A stretch of 64,000 nucleotides of DNA from Sphyrna mokarran. Its lineage: Eukaryota. This document shows, in pieces, positions 11,865 to 23,399 of this stretch (position 1 is its first letter; each line of letters opens with the position of its first letter). The translations under genes and the position numbers were made by a program. Where the stretch lies: positions 122,140,001-122,204,000 of the forward strand of contig JAGIQG010000005.1 of the NCBI GenBank assembly GCA_024679065.1, read 5' to 3'. The notes beneath the pieces were generated by a model, which saw only the letters and a list, made by a program, of their open reading frames with translations, made no database searches and was not told the DNA's origin.

Positions 11865-12190
11865 GGAGGCGATGGCTTACCGATATTATCGCTAGCTGAG
11901 TTTTTGGACTAATGTTTTAGGGACCCGGATTTGAATGCCTCCAGGGCAGGTGGTGGAATTTGAATTTTTTTAAAAAATCTGGAATTAAGAATCTGCTGAT
12001 GACCATGAAACCATTGTTAGAAAAAATCCATCTGGTTCGCGAAGGGAAGGAAATCTGCTGTCCACACCCAGTCTGACCTGCATGTGACCTGAGCCACAGC
12101 AATGTGGTTGACTCTTAAATGCCCCTAGGAAAGTAGGGATAGATAATATGCTGACCAGCCAGCAACGCCCACATCCTACAAAAATTAAAA
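11865..12190 (+). mobile_element. tRNA-derived SINE (family 2)
   Basis: Homologous along its length to 1587-1925. Confidence 0.8.
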
Positions 12191-12689
12191 AACTTTGACT
12201 CAGTTCAATTATATCATTTTCCAGAATTGGGTCATTAAGTGGTTAGGTTGATGGTGTATCATTTCCCACATTGTCAGATATCTCTGACAGATGGTGTAAT
12301 GGTCCAGATGGTGTACAGCTCCTTACCAAGGGTTCAAACTGAGAACTTCCAATCTCCAACTCATTGAACAAGTGCATTCATGTCACCATTACCAGCTGGT
12401 GTACACTCACTGGCTGACTAGTTTCTCTCATAATAGTTTTTCAGCATATTTATGTGACACACTCGCTGATGTTTCCTTCTGTTTGGAATACTAATTATAT
12501 AACTTACCTCATTTTATCACCTTTTAATATAATACAGTCCACTAGCTTCTGGCAGTTCACCTGGCAAAGTAATAGTATTTTATCCCCAGGTTAAAAAGTT
12601 TGAGTTTCAGCTGTCTTATCCACTTCGCTTGTCGCAAAAACTGGTTATGTAATCTAACAGAGTAGCTTCTTCTCTGGGGCCACACTTCT

Positions 12690-13400
12690 TCTGAGATAGT
12701 AATTGATTTCAGGAAGCGTAGTGGAGAACACGGGCCCGCCTGCATCAACGGTGATGAAGCAAAAATGGTCGAGAACTTTAAGTTTCTAGGGTCTCCGATC
12801 ACTAACAATCTGTCCTGGTCCCCCCCAATGCTGACACTATAGTTAAGAAAGCCCCACCAATGCCTCTACTTTGTCAGGAGATTAAGGAAATTTGACAAGT
12901 CCGCTGTGACTCTCAGCAACTTTTACAAATGCACTACAGAAAGCATTTTCAGGTTGGGTCACAGCTTGGTATGGGGTCCTGCTGTCGCAAAGACCACAAG
13001 GAACTACAAAGGATCATACCATAAACATAGCCCAGTCCATCATGCAAACCAGCCTCCCATCTATTGACTCTGTCTACACTTGCCTCGGAAAAACAGCCAG
13101 CATAATCAAGGAACCCGCGTACTCTGGACATTCTTCCACTTTTTTCCAGCAGGAAAAAGATACAAAAGTCTGACTTCATGTGCCAACTGACTCAAGAACA
13201 ACTTCTTGCCAGCTGCTATCAGACTTTTGAATGGATCTACCTCGCATTAAACTGATCTTTCTCTACACCCTAGCTATGACTGTAACACTACAATTTGCAC
13301 CCTCTCCTTTCCTTCTCCCCTGTGCAGTCTACGAACGGTATTCCTTGTAAAATGCACAAGAAGCAATACTTTTCACAGTAAACTAATAAATCAAATCCTC
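12690..13400 (+). mobile_element. Rex1/Babar-like LINE 3' portion
   Basis: Reads EIVIDFRKRSGEHGPACINGDEAKMVENFKFLG...CLYFVRRLRKF, ending in AATAAATCAAATC. Confidence 0.8.
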
Positions 13401-13505
13401 AAATTAATTTATGGTCCATTACCTTCATATTCAGGAACCAACTCAATGCATCAACTGGTTTCAGCTCCTTTAAGTACAACTCTAACTGCAATTTATATTA
13501 AAAAA

Positions 13506-14146
13506 TTCATTGCTGTGTTAACGTAAGCCAACGAGAGAACGCTGGAGAATCTCAGCGGGTCTGGCAGCATCTGTAAGGAGAGAGCTGACATTTCAAGTCC
13601 AGTTGACCCTTTGTCAAAGTCCCGCTCGCTGTCACTTTTCCAGGAAAATTCCAGCATCCGCAGTAATTTGCTTTTATTAATCCCATTCCTCAAGATTTCA
13701 AGGCAATAAACGCTAAACATAGCTTCTAATGTTCATCTTTCTCGTGCCTCTGAGACATTTGCTGGAGTGTAGCTGATTAAATCTGATTTTCTCCCAAACT
13801 TATTACCTCCTAGAAATCTGGTGACATGAAATTTAATCCCTGTACTGAATGAATCTCTCTGAAAGATTCTGACCTGGTAAAAAACTGAATTAACCCTTTG
13901 AGTGCCACTTCTGCAGTAGTTTTTTTTCTTAAGTTTAAACTTTTGTTATTAGTGTCAAAAGTGGGCTTACATTAATAAAAGCAAATTACTGCGGATGCTG
14001 GAATTTTCCTGGAAAAGTGACAGCGAGCGGGACTTTGACAAAGGGTCAACTGGACTTGAAATGTCAGCTCTCTCCTTACAGATGCTGCCAGACCTGCTGA
14101 GATTCTCCAGCGTTCCCTCGTTGGCTTACATTAACACAGCAATGAA
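13506..14146. repeat. 176-bp inverted repeat pair (13506-13681 / 13971-14146)
   Basis: Arms are reverse complements with three mismatches seen by eye; 289-bp spacer. Confidence 0.92.
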
Positions 14147-14345
14147 ATTACTGTGAAAATTCCCACATTCTGGGGTATGTTGAGGGAGAATTTAGCATGG
14201 CCAGTGCACCTAACCTGCATGTCTTTCAGACTGTGGGAGGAAACTGGAGCACCTCATAGGAACCCATGCAGACACAGGAAGAATGTGCAGACTCCATACA
14301 GACAGTGCCCTAAGTGGGAATCAAACCCAGGGCCCTGGTGCTATG
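13935..14345 (-). mobile_element. V-SINE (type B tail) carrying a nested Penelope-like insert at 13976-14122
   Basis: The SINE tail is interrupted, with GGCTTACATTAA duplicated at 13964-13975 and 14123-14134. Confidence 0.8.
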
Positions 14346-14697
14346 ATTGAGTAGACAAGTCCATTTTGGTTTTGGGTACAGGCCCCACACAATGCACTAG
14401 AATCTGACTATTAATTGAAGGTCGTATTGAAATCAATAGAGGTAGCTTAAGCAACATAACCAGTTGGCACTTGTGATGTGTCTGGCTGAATTCAAGTATC
14501 TTTCCACGTAATTCTGGTAATAAAAATGCTTCATTTTGTTATCCAGAGTCTTTCTTATTCCTGCCATCATAATTTCTTGGGTAATTCTTCAAATTGCCCT
14601 GCAATAATTGGGAGGGATAACAATTTGATTGAAGATTGTTCATTTCATTACCCGCTGGTTTCATCAATATACCTTTTTTTTAAGATAACAACACTCC

Positions 14698-15025
14698 AGC
14701 ATGGTGGCACTGTTGTTAGTACAGCTGCCTCATGGTACCAAGAACTCAGATTCAATTCCAGCCTTGGGTGACTGTGCAAACTCCACACCGCCATTCACTC
14801 CCGTGTCTGCATGGGTTTACTCCAGGGTGCTCTGGTTACCTCTCCAAAGACGTGCAGGTTCAGTGAATTCGCCATAGTAAAATTGCCCCCGTGTCCCAAG
14901 ATGTGTAGCCTTTATAAATGTGTAGGGTTATGGTGATAGGGAGGGAGAGAGGACCTGAGTAAGAGAGTTGGTGCAGACTCACTGGGCTGAACGGCCTCTT
15001 TCTGCACTTAGAGATTCTGTGATAA
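14698..15025 (+). mobile_element. HE1-like V-SINE
   Basis: tRNA head, V core and CR1-type tail. Confidence 0.8.
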
Positions 15026-15409
15026 ACCCTCTCTGAAGCTTCCTCAGTTTTCACTACCTGAGCCCATTTCTGGGCAACTGGATCTGGCTCCTAGGCTACA
15101 ATCAAATCATTCTCCCTACTGTCGGAGTTTTTATCTCATTCAAACTGCTGAAAAAAAGTTCTCTGTCTGTCTGTCTGAGCAACTGAATTATCCCCTATCT
15201 CAACTGATTTCACCTCATCCTGTTCAGCCCTACAGACGCGAGCTATCATACATTCCAAGAACAATCCAGGATGTTGCACTTATAAAATCTCAGTCCCGTT
15301 CACCTCAATGAACTCCCTCACACCTGCCAAATCATTAGCCAGAATAAAATCTATACCTTCAATAGATAAAGCAGGAAGAATTTCTACAGTAACAGTTCTA
15401 TTTACTAAC

Positions 15410-15810
15410 ACAGGAACATAGGGATTTGGAGAAATAGGCAAAGCTGCTCTGCCATTCAATCAGATCATGGCTGATCTGTCCTTGGTCCCAAATCCACCTC
15501 TTCCCCATATCCCTTTGTCCTGTTTTTTTAAAAATCAGAAATGTATCTATTTTCTTCTTGAATGGTTCAGACTCCATCACACTAGGGGGCAGTGAGTTCC
15601 ACAAATTCACCACCCCTCGGTGAGAAGTAGTTCCTTCTCATCTCAGTATTAAATCTACTGCCTCTCAACCTGTGACCTTTGTTCTAGATTTTCCCACAAA
15701 CATTCAGTATACATTTACTTTATCTCTTAAAATTTTACGTACCTCGATCAGATCCCCTCTCATCCTCAAACTCCAGCCAGTACAAGCTGTTTAATCTCTC
15801 GTACGTCAAC
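15410..15810 (-). mobile_element. CR1 LINE 3' fragment
   Basis: Minus-strand VVNLWNSLPPSVMESEPFKKKIDTFL plus CR1 tail. Confidence 0.8.
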
Positions 15811-17194
15811 CAGAAGTCATTTTATAAATTAACTTTATACAAGGAGACAGAGTCATCTCCCATGAATACCGCCATCCCTATCCCACCCCAAAAACCTGGT
15901 CAATGCTCGACAGTTCTTCCAACCACAAATCACGTCAACAACCAATTTCTGCCCTAGTATCTCGCAAAAAATTAATTTGTTCGTTGGAAGAGAATACTTA
16001 GAGACAAAATCTTCAGTACAAAAACAGAAAATGCTGGAGAAGTCAGCAGGTCTGACAGCATCTGTGGAGAGAGAACAGAACCAATGTTCAGTTGATGACC
16101 CTCATCAGAATCTTCAGTAACCTGGCTCACTTTATACGGTATCTATGGAGGAATCCTTTGATGACCTTGAGCTATAGCCATCACTGTAATAGGCAACCTG
16201 CACTATTGCTATTGTTGTATCACCCCTTTCCTTCACTTGTACATTCCTTTTTGAAGACTCAATGGGAATCATTACTACTGATTTAACTTGCAGCTCCCAA
16301 TTATCTGCTGCCCATCGTACAGCAATAAAATTATATTGGTTTCTCCATGTTGCTGTTATCCCTATATTTTTATTCACTCAAAACTTCTCCCAAAAGCCAG
16401 AATTTTCCATTCCTTGACTTTACAAATGGATGTCCACAGCTGCCTATGTGATACATTATACCCATCTATCAGAACAGCAGCTTCCTTTGTTTTAGGAATG
16501 TTATGGTCTTTGAGGACCACTCAGTATAACTATTAATTCTCTTTCACTCCATAACCATAAATCACCATGTGATTGCTTCCTCTGTTTGAAGGTCTCTCTC
16601 TCTTCCCTGACCAATCTCTCTTCCTGGGTTTTATGAAAGGCAAATTGTTTGTAGTAAAAGTTTTTTTGTGGATGAAAGGGTTGGTAAGGGGAATTTTGTT
16701 TTTATTCATTCATGGGACATGGGTGTCGCTGGCCAGCCAACATTTATTAAAGAAATAGGCAAATTCAGCTCTTTTAAACCTTTTCTCTTACTTTCCTACT
16801 TGTCCTCTTATGTTCAAGTTTCTCTTTTTCTTTCGGGTTTGAGGCTTTTGCTTTTCCTTTTCATTCAGGTTTGTGGTTTTTGCTTCCCTTTCGAGTGTGA
16901 AGTTTTTGATTTCTTTCCCCCAGTTTGAGGTTTCTGTATTTCTCGTTGTCCTCCTGAAGATGGATAGGTTAGGTAGGTTAACCATAATAAACTTGTAGAG
17001 TTACTGGGCTAGGGTGGTGGATGTGGCCTGGGTGAGATACTCTGCTAGAGAGTAACTGCAGACTTGATGAGCCAAATTGCCTCCTTCTGCTCTGTCAGGA
17101 TTCTGTGATTTAATACTTACTTATAATCATTCATTTTAATCTCTCCTTGTGGCAGTGCATTGCATGTTGTCACCATTCAGCAGATACATATTTT

Positions 17195-17378
17195 TCCTAA
17201 ACTCCCTGGGTCAAAATCCTGGAATTTCCTCCCTAACTGCATTGTAGGTCAACCCACACCACGTGGGCTGCAGCAATTCAAGAAGGCAGCTCACTATCAC
17301 CTCCTCAAGGGGCAACTAGGGATAGGCTATAAATGCTGGTCAGCCAGCAACACACATGGCCCATGAATGAATAAAAAC
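17195..17378 (+). mobile_element. L2-type LINE 3' end (tail donor for SINE family 2)
   Basis: Reads GSKSWNFLPNCIVGQPTPRGLQQFKKAAHYHLLKG, then the TAGGGATAGGCTATAAATGCTGGTCAGCCAGC tail shared with SINE family 2. Confidence 0.7.
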
Positions 17379-17519
17379 AGAATTCCCCTTATCCATCCTT
17401 GCATCCACAAAAAAAACTTGTAATACAACTTCCCTTTCATAAACCATACTGACTGCTTAATATGATTTAAGTAGCTTGTTGATAGCTCTTTATTAATGGA
17501 TTCCAGCATTTTTCAATAT

Positions 17520-19380
17520 GCATATATGGGAATTAGTATTGTAAATAAGACTAGAGGTGCAGATTGCATTGTAGAGCTATGATGTGGTGGTGATAACAGA
17601 GACATGGCTCAAGGAGGCAGGAATTGCTGTTAAATATTCCTGGCTATGAGATGTTCAGAAAAAGGAAGAAAAGGAGCCTGGGGAGAGGGTGGGGTGGTGG
17701 TGGTGGGAAGCATTACAGTGCTGGAGAAAGCAGATTTCCCAGAGGGCAAAAATCTATTTGGCTGAAGGTAGGGAACAATCATGCACATGGTGTCCACCAC
17801 CAACTAGTGAGAAGGATGTATACAAACAAATCTACAGGGAAATTAGAGATGCAAACATTATAAATAGCAATAAAAGGAGGACTTCAATTGTGCACTTGGG
17901 ATAGTAGTATAAAAGGTGGAAGGAGATGCAAGAATTCCTAGATTGTATCCAGGAAAGTGTTTATAGCAGTACGTGTCCAGTAGAACAACAAAGGTTGCAC
18001 TGTTGGACCTGGTACTTAGGAATGAGGAGGGCAAAGTAGATCACTGGTCAATGGGGTAATGTTTAGGAAAAAGTGATCTGTCCCTAGAAGAGTTCACAAT
18101 TGATGAATGCCTGACTATTAGTACTTAAAAGTTACAAAACAGAAAATCTCAAGCAGGTCTGACAGCATCTGTGGGGAGAGAATAGAACCAACGTTTCAAC
18201 TTTGCATGACCCTTTGTCAGAGCAGACTCAAAACATTGGCTCTATTTGTTCTCCACAGATGCTGTCAGACCTGCTGAGACTTTCTAGCATTTTTAGTTTT
18301 TGTTTTCAATTCCAACACCCACAATATTTTGCTTTTATCTTAGTACATAAAGTTGACAAGGTACTGGGATTGGATGAGACGCATCAAAGCGTATTCAAGT
18401 GAGAAAGGAAATTGATGGAGCGCTGGCCATAAATCTTCCAGTCTTCTCCAGACTCAAGGAAGATGCCAGAGGATTGGAGAATTGTAAATGTTGCAAAAAC
18501 AATTGTAAGAATAGCTCCAGTAATTACAGACCAGTCAGTTTAATGCCAGTAGCAGGCAGGTTTCTAGAAACAATTATTTGGCATAGAATTAGTAGTTGTA
18601 TAGGAAACAGTGGGTTGATTCAGAAGAGCCAGCATGGATTTCTAAAGGAGAAACTGTGTTTAACTAACTGGAATTTTTTGAAGAGGTAACGGAGAGGGTT
18701 GATAAGGTTAATGATATTAATGTGATGTACTCAGACTTTCAAAGGCATTTGATACAATGCCACACAACAGGTTAGTTAGAAAAATTATTTAACTCATGAA
18801 ATAAAAGACAGTAGCAATATGGATACAAGGTTTGTAGTGGTGTTGCACAGGGGTTACTATTGAAACCCTCACTTTTCCTGATAATAATGGTCTAGATATT
18901 AGTGTGCAGGGGACAATTTCAAAGTTTGTGGATGATACAAAACTTGTATTGTGGCCTTTTGAAGTTCTTCATCACCCTCTTCACAATTTACAATACAAGT
19001 TATTGGAGTGGGCTGATAGATGCAGATAAAATTCAATGCAGATAAGTGCAAGATGATAGGAAGCTATAGCAAGATAAAATAATCTATGTAAAATAAGGAG
19101 CAAAATTCTTGAGGTGCAAGCACAGAAGATCTGGGTGTATACGTGCATAGATCATTGAAGGGGGCAGGACAGGTGGAGAGTAGTTAATAAAGCACATAGG
19201 ACCCTGGGCTTTATTAACAGGAGCACAGAATATAAGAGAGTAAGGAGGTAACACTGAACTTGTGCAATAGTTAGACCTCAACTGGAGTATTATGTACAAT
19301 TCTGGGCATCATACTACAAAAGGATGTCAATGTACTGGAGTTTTTACAGAAGAGGTGTACAGGAATGATTCCAGAAGCTC
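17520..19380 (+). mobile_element. Long decayed CR1 LINE (endonuclease and RT relics) with a nested Penelope-like element at 18135-18345
   Basis: YDVVVITETWL (APE domain), NYRPVSLMPVAGRFLETII...IQKSQHGF, KFVDDTKL. Confidence 0.85.
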
Positions 19381-19954
19381 TTGCAATCTCCTTTTACATT
19401 TATGGCTCATTTCTTTTCTAATTTTACCTCTTTAATGTTTAATCATCCTAAAACTCATCAAAATCACCTTGCTCACTGTTCTTTTCCCCATATAGGCCAG
19501 TTCTTTTAAATTAATACTACCTATTTTTTAGCCAGCCAAGGTTGGGTCAAATTTCCCAAATGTAGTTTTGTTGAGAATTTAGAAGTTTTTTTTTAAAATG
19601 TTTGCCATTGCTGATCTACCTCTATGTAATTTTATTTCCAAATAAGTTTTACCCAAACTTACACCTCAAACCAATGTGATTGGCTTTAAGTCAAAAACTT
19701 TAGTTTCAGGCCCAAGAATGTCACTCTTAAACAACGTGGAACTCCTCTGTCCTGGCCAATCCTTTCTAATGAGATTAGCCTGGTCTCATTGCACAAAATT
19801 TAAAATAGCAATACCCTACTTGGTTCCACACTGTGTTGTTCTAGGAAACCATCCGTGAACTTGTCATCCAGAATGCTTTTGGCAATTTGATTTGTCCATC
19901 CAAAATGAAGATTAAAGCTCTTCCTGCAATATCCTTTGTTACAGGCAGGACAAG

Positions 19955-21015
19955 CATGGTGATTGATACTGGCACTGGACAGTAAACCAGCTTTGGGAAC
20001 ATGGGTTTAAATTCCAGCATGGCAGCTTATGGAATTTAATTTCAATTAATAGAAACTGGAATTAAAAACTAGTCTTAGTAATGGTAACCATGAAATTATT
20101 GCCATTTGTTGTGATACACTAATACCCATTAAGGAAGGTTACCTGCCATCCTTACCTCATCTCGTTTACATGTAGCCCAGACCCAAAAGGACCCAGTTGA
20201 CTCTTCATAGAATCTGTACAGTGCAGGAGGCCATTCAGCCCAGAGCCTACCCCAGAAACAATCCTACTGGACCAACTGATGGGCAACACGACAGCTGTGA
20301 CTATCACTGTTTGCTGTGCAGATACACAGACCAAGTTGGATCTCCGACTTGGGTCGGCATCTGTGGGAGTTTGCACATTCTCCTCATGCTTGCGTGGGTT
20401 TTCTCCAGATGCTCCAGTTTCTTCCCACACCCCAAAAACGTGCTTTAGGGCTGATTGGTGTTAACAAATTGTCCCTAAATTAGACCTCCTTCAATCTGGC
20501 ACACGTATAATTCTCTAAGTTTGCACACTTTTATTGTGGAGTTCAAGAGGCATAGCCAGAAGTCATAGATAGGAGGATTGGAATGAGGCATTCACTGAAG
20601 GTTAAAATGGTGGCGCAGGCTTGTTGGGCCGAAGGGCCTGTTTCCTGTGCTGTATTGTTCTTTGTTCTATCCAGGCCCTATTCCTGCAGCCCCATGTTAT
20701 TACTCTGCAAATCCCCTGACACTAAGGGGCATGACCAATCAACCTAACCCACACATCTTTGGACTGTGGGAAGAAACCAGAGCACCCAGATCAAACCTAT
20801 GCAGGCATGGGGAGAATGTGCAAACTCCTTAGTGACCCAAGTCTGGAATTGAACCACCTGGGTCCCTGGTGTGAGAGGCAGCAATAGTAACCATCGTGTC
20901 TCTTAACTACTCCCTCTGAAATGACCTAGCAAACCATGCAGTTGAAAAGGGAATTAGAGATGGATAAAAGTTGACTTTAGCAGCGATGCCCGCACCCAAC
21001 AACAGAATGTTAAAA
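19955..21015. mobile_element. Three-layer nested insertion: family-2 SINE > antisense V-SINE > CR1/SINE composite 3' end (20267-20668)
   Basis: Each outer element resumes colinearly after the inner one. Confidence 0.75.
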
Positions 21016-21659
21016 AAGTTCCTATTACTTCTTAATTAATACTCTGTCCATAGGTATAGCTTTCATTAAGCCTGTAAATGAATCCCACCAGCATTAGCTG
21101 CCCTTTGTTATTCCAAATGATTCTACTTCCTGATGATTTGAGCCAAATCCTTTTCACTACTGCCCTTATGCTATCATCCATAACTCTGACACTCTCTTTC
21201 CCCATTCCGTCTTTTTCAATGACATGCATCCCAAAATATTTAGTTTGACCTTGCCAACAGGCTTCTGTAGAGGTTTAGATCCAACTTATTTGTCTTTATT
21301 TTTGTTCCTGCCCTATCCTTTTTGAATATTTGGTACATTCAGACTTTGATTTTGTTTTGCTATTACACCTTTCTTTGGCTTTGTTGATCAACTTTACTGT
21401 TAAACCTTTTGGCCCTTCCTGTCACAATTCATTCATCTTTACTCCAGTACTGCTCCATGGCCAGGGGTTTTCTAAGTTTTCTCTTTCAATTAAATCTAAA
21501 TTTTCTTTCATCTGACCCCATCCCTTAGATTAAAGCTCCTAATTATAGGTCCAGTTATAAAATTCACCAGGACAATGATCCCTGTTAGTTTAATTCAGAT
21601 TTTTCCCTTTCTCTAATCCTGGTACCGCTGCCAACACACTTGAATCACATTCCCTACCC

Positions 21660-21940
21660 CTATATTGCTCAGATGATAGCACTCTTACCTAGGACAGAAG
21701 CTTCAATTTCAGAGGTGTGAGCGCATTATCCAGGCTAAAATCCTGAGCGTTGCACCAAAAGGCAGCTTCCATTCTCAGATGTGCCATCTGTTGAATAAGA
21801 TGTTAAGCAGAGACACTGGAAATAAGAGATCATATCAAGCTATTTGGAAGCGCAGTAGGTGGTTCTCCTCAGTGTTCTGGACAATTCTGTTAAAGTAGAC
21901 TATCCGGTCGTTATCTCAACTTGGGTCTTTGCATTTTGGT
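21660..21940 (+). mobile_element. Degenerate DeuSINE (SacSINE1-like)
   Basis: Deu-core-like GATGTGCCATCTGTTGAATAAGATGTTAAGCAGAG...CTATTTGGAAG...GTTCTCCTCAGTGTTCTGGACAAT. Confidence 0.55.
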
Positions 21941-22849
21941 ATGTATTGAGGTTATGAAAAATACTGTAAAAATGCAACTTTTTATTGATACTTGTAGGTT
22001 CTTTAGTTATACAGAAAACTCGTACACACCAATTCGTTCCCCAGAAAATGTGTGCCAGGGAGCTGGCTAGTACACCTTGGCAAAGATTATCCATTCACTT
22101 TTAAAATTCCAATGCCCCAAATCACCATCCATCAATCAGCCCTTCTCAACCGACTTGTGTATATCAAGACTTTATGTTGTCATTCAATGGTGCTCAGAGT
22201 GAATGCTCATGAAGGGGGGGAATTAGTGTGTGAGATTTCTACATGTTGATTTGTCTATTCCGCAACCCCTCTATTTGATTCTTCCACATACAGCAGACTG
22301 GTTTCTGAATCACATGTTCCCTTTGGCTGTGCGTTTTATCTCCCCACTCTCATTTTGTCAGTCACAGCACATCTTGTGAACAGTGACAGTAACTCTCATC
22401 TATGTGGATCTCACCATTTGCTATTTACTCATCCCCCTCTCAGCTAGTGACCAAATAAATGACAAAGCTTTTCTTTACCTTCCCCAAACCACAAAGTAGT
22501 TTGTATTCTGTTTCCATGGGTGTCATTGGCTAGGCCAACATTTCATTGCCCATCCCAATTGACAGCTGGCTCAGTTAGTCTTTTTCCACCAGTTTCCCAA
22601 ACAATTTAATTATAAATGTGACATTCATCCCAAAAGAAGTTGCCCACCTCAGCCAAATTCTGCAGCCTCCACACGCCCAAGTGTTAAGTGCAATATGCTT
22701 GGTGACTATGCTGGTGTGAAATATTAACTATGCTAGTGGCACATAATCACAGTTAGCTTGCAAAAACAGACAAGTGCATCAGGAACAGGACCAAATCTCT
22801 CTCGGGCATGTCATTTTGGGGGCTGAAAATCTGACTAAGCTAGCTGACT

Positions 22850-23235
22850 AAGAAATTACAAAAATCCATCATGCAAACAGGCCTCCCATTCATTGATTCT
22901 ATCTACACTCTCCCGTCTCAGAAGCAGTCAGCATAATCAAGGACCCCACACACCCCGGACGTTCTCTCTTCCACCTTCTTCTGTCGGGAAAGACACAAAA
23001 GTCTGAGATCATGTACTCAAGAACAAGAACAGAAATCCGACTCAAGAACAGCTTCTCCCCTGCTGCTATCAGACTCTTGAATGGACCTATCTTATATTAA
23101 ATTGATCGTTCTCTACACCCTAGCTATATCAGTACATTCTGCACTCTCTCATTTCCTTCTCTATGTTTTGAATATATATGCAAAAAACAATACTTTTCAC
23201 TGTATACCAATACATGTGATAATAAATCAAATCAA
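22850..23235 (+). mobile_element. Rex1/Babar-like LINE 3' end
   Basis: Homologous to 13030-13400. Confidence 0.8.
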
Positions 23236-23399
23236 GACTTCCATCTCATCATTTTTGGGAGGAACCCTCTATCTCCCAGTTCCATATGAGGAACACGTTC
23301 AAAAAATGGAAAGGATAATTACTTAGGAACCAAGTAAAACACACACGCACAATGCTTCAGTTGGAACAGATTAATTTTGTGATGTTGCAAACAAACCAA

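Larger units (their letters stand above)
8940..16950 (-). mobile_element. Heavily decayed Gmr1-like Gypsy LTR retrotransposon (gag-PR-IN-RT-RH), fragmented by younger insertions
   Basis: Minus-strand relics in order: gag-like (~16130-16560), protease FLRDTRA (~15950-15975), integrase ILVHCVGPVPKTK (~14365-14405), IHSVQGLNFMS (~13825-13855) and HQRVCHINMLKNYYER (~12425-12480), RT IDAVGNSDFVSKI (~11700-11745) and FPIPKTEREILEFLGMCVFYR (~10200-10270), RNase H FNKAFKITITNSDVGVGMMLLQ (~9735-9800) and FLERFRMKN...AEALYRL* (~9155-9275). LTRs not resolved. Confidence 0.75.
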
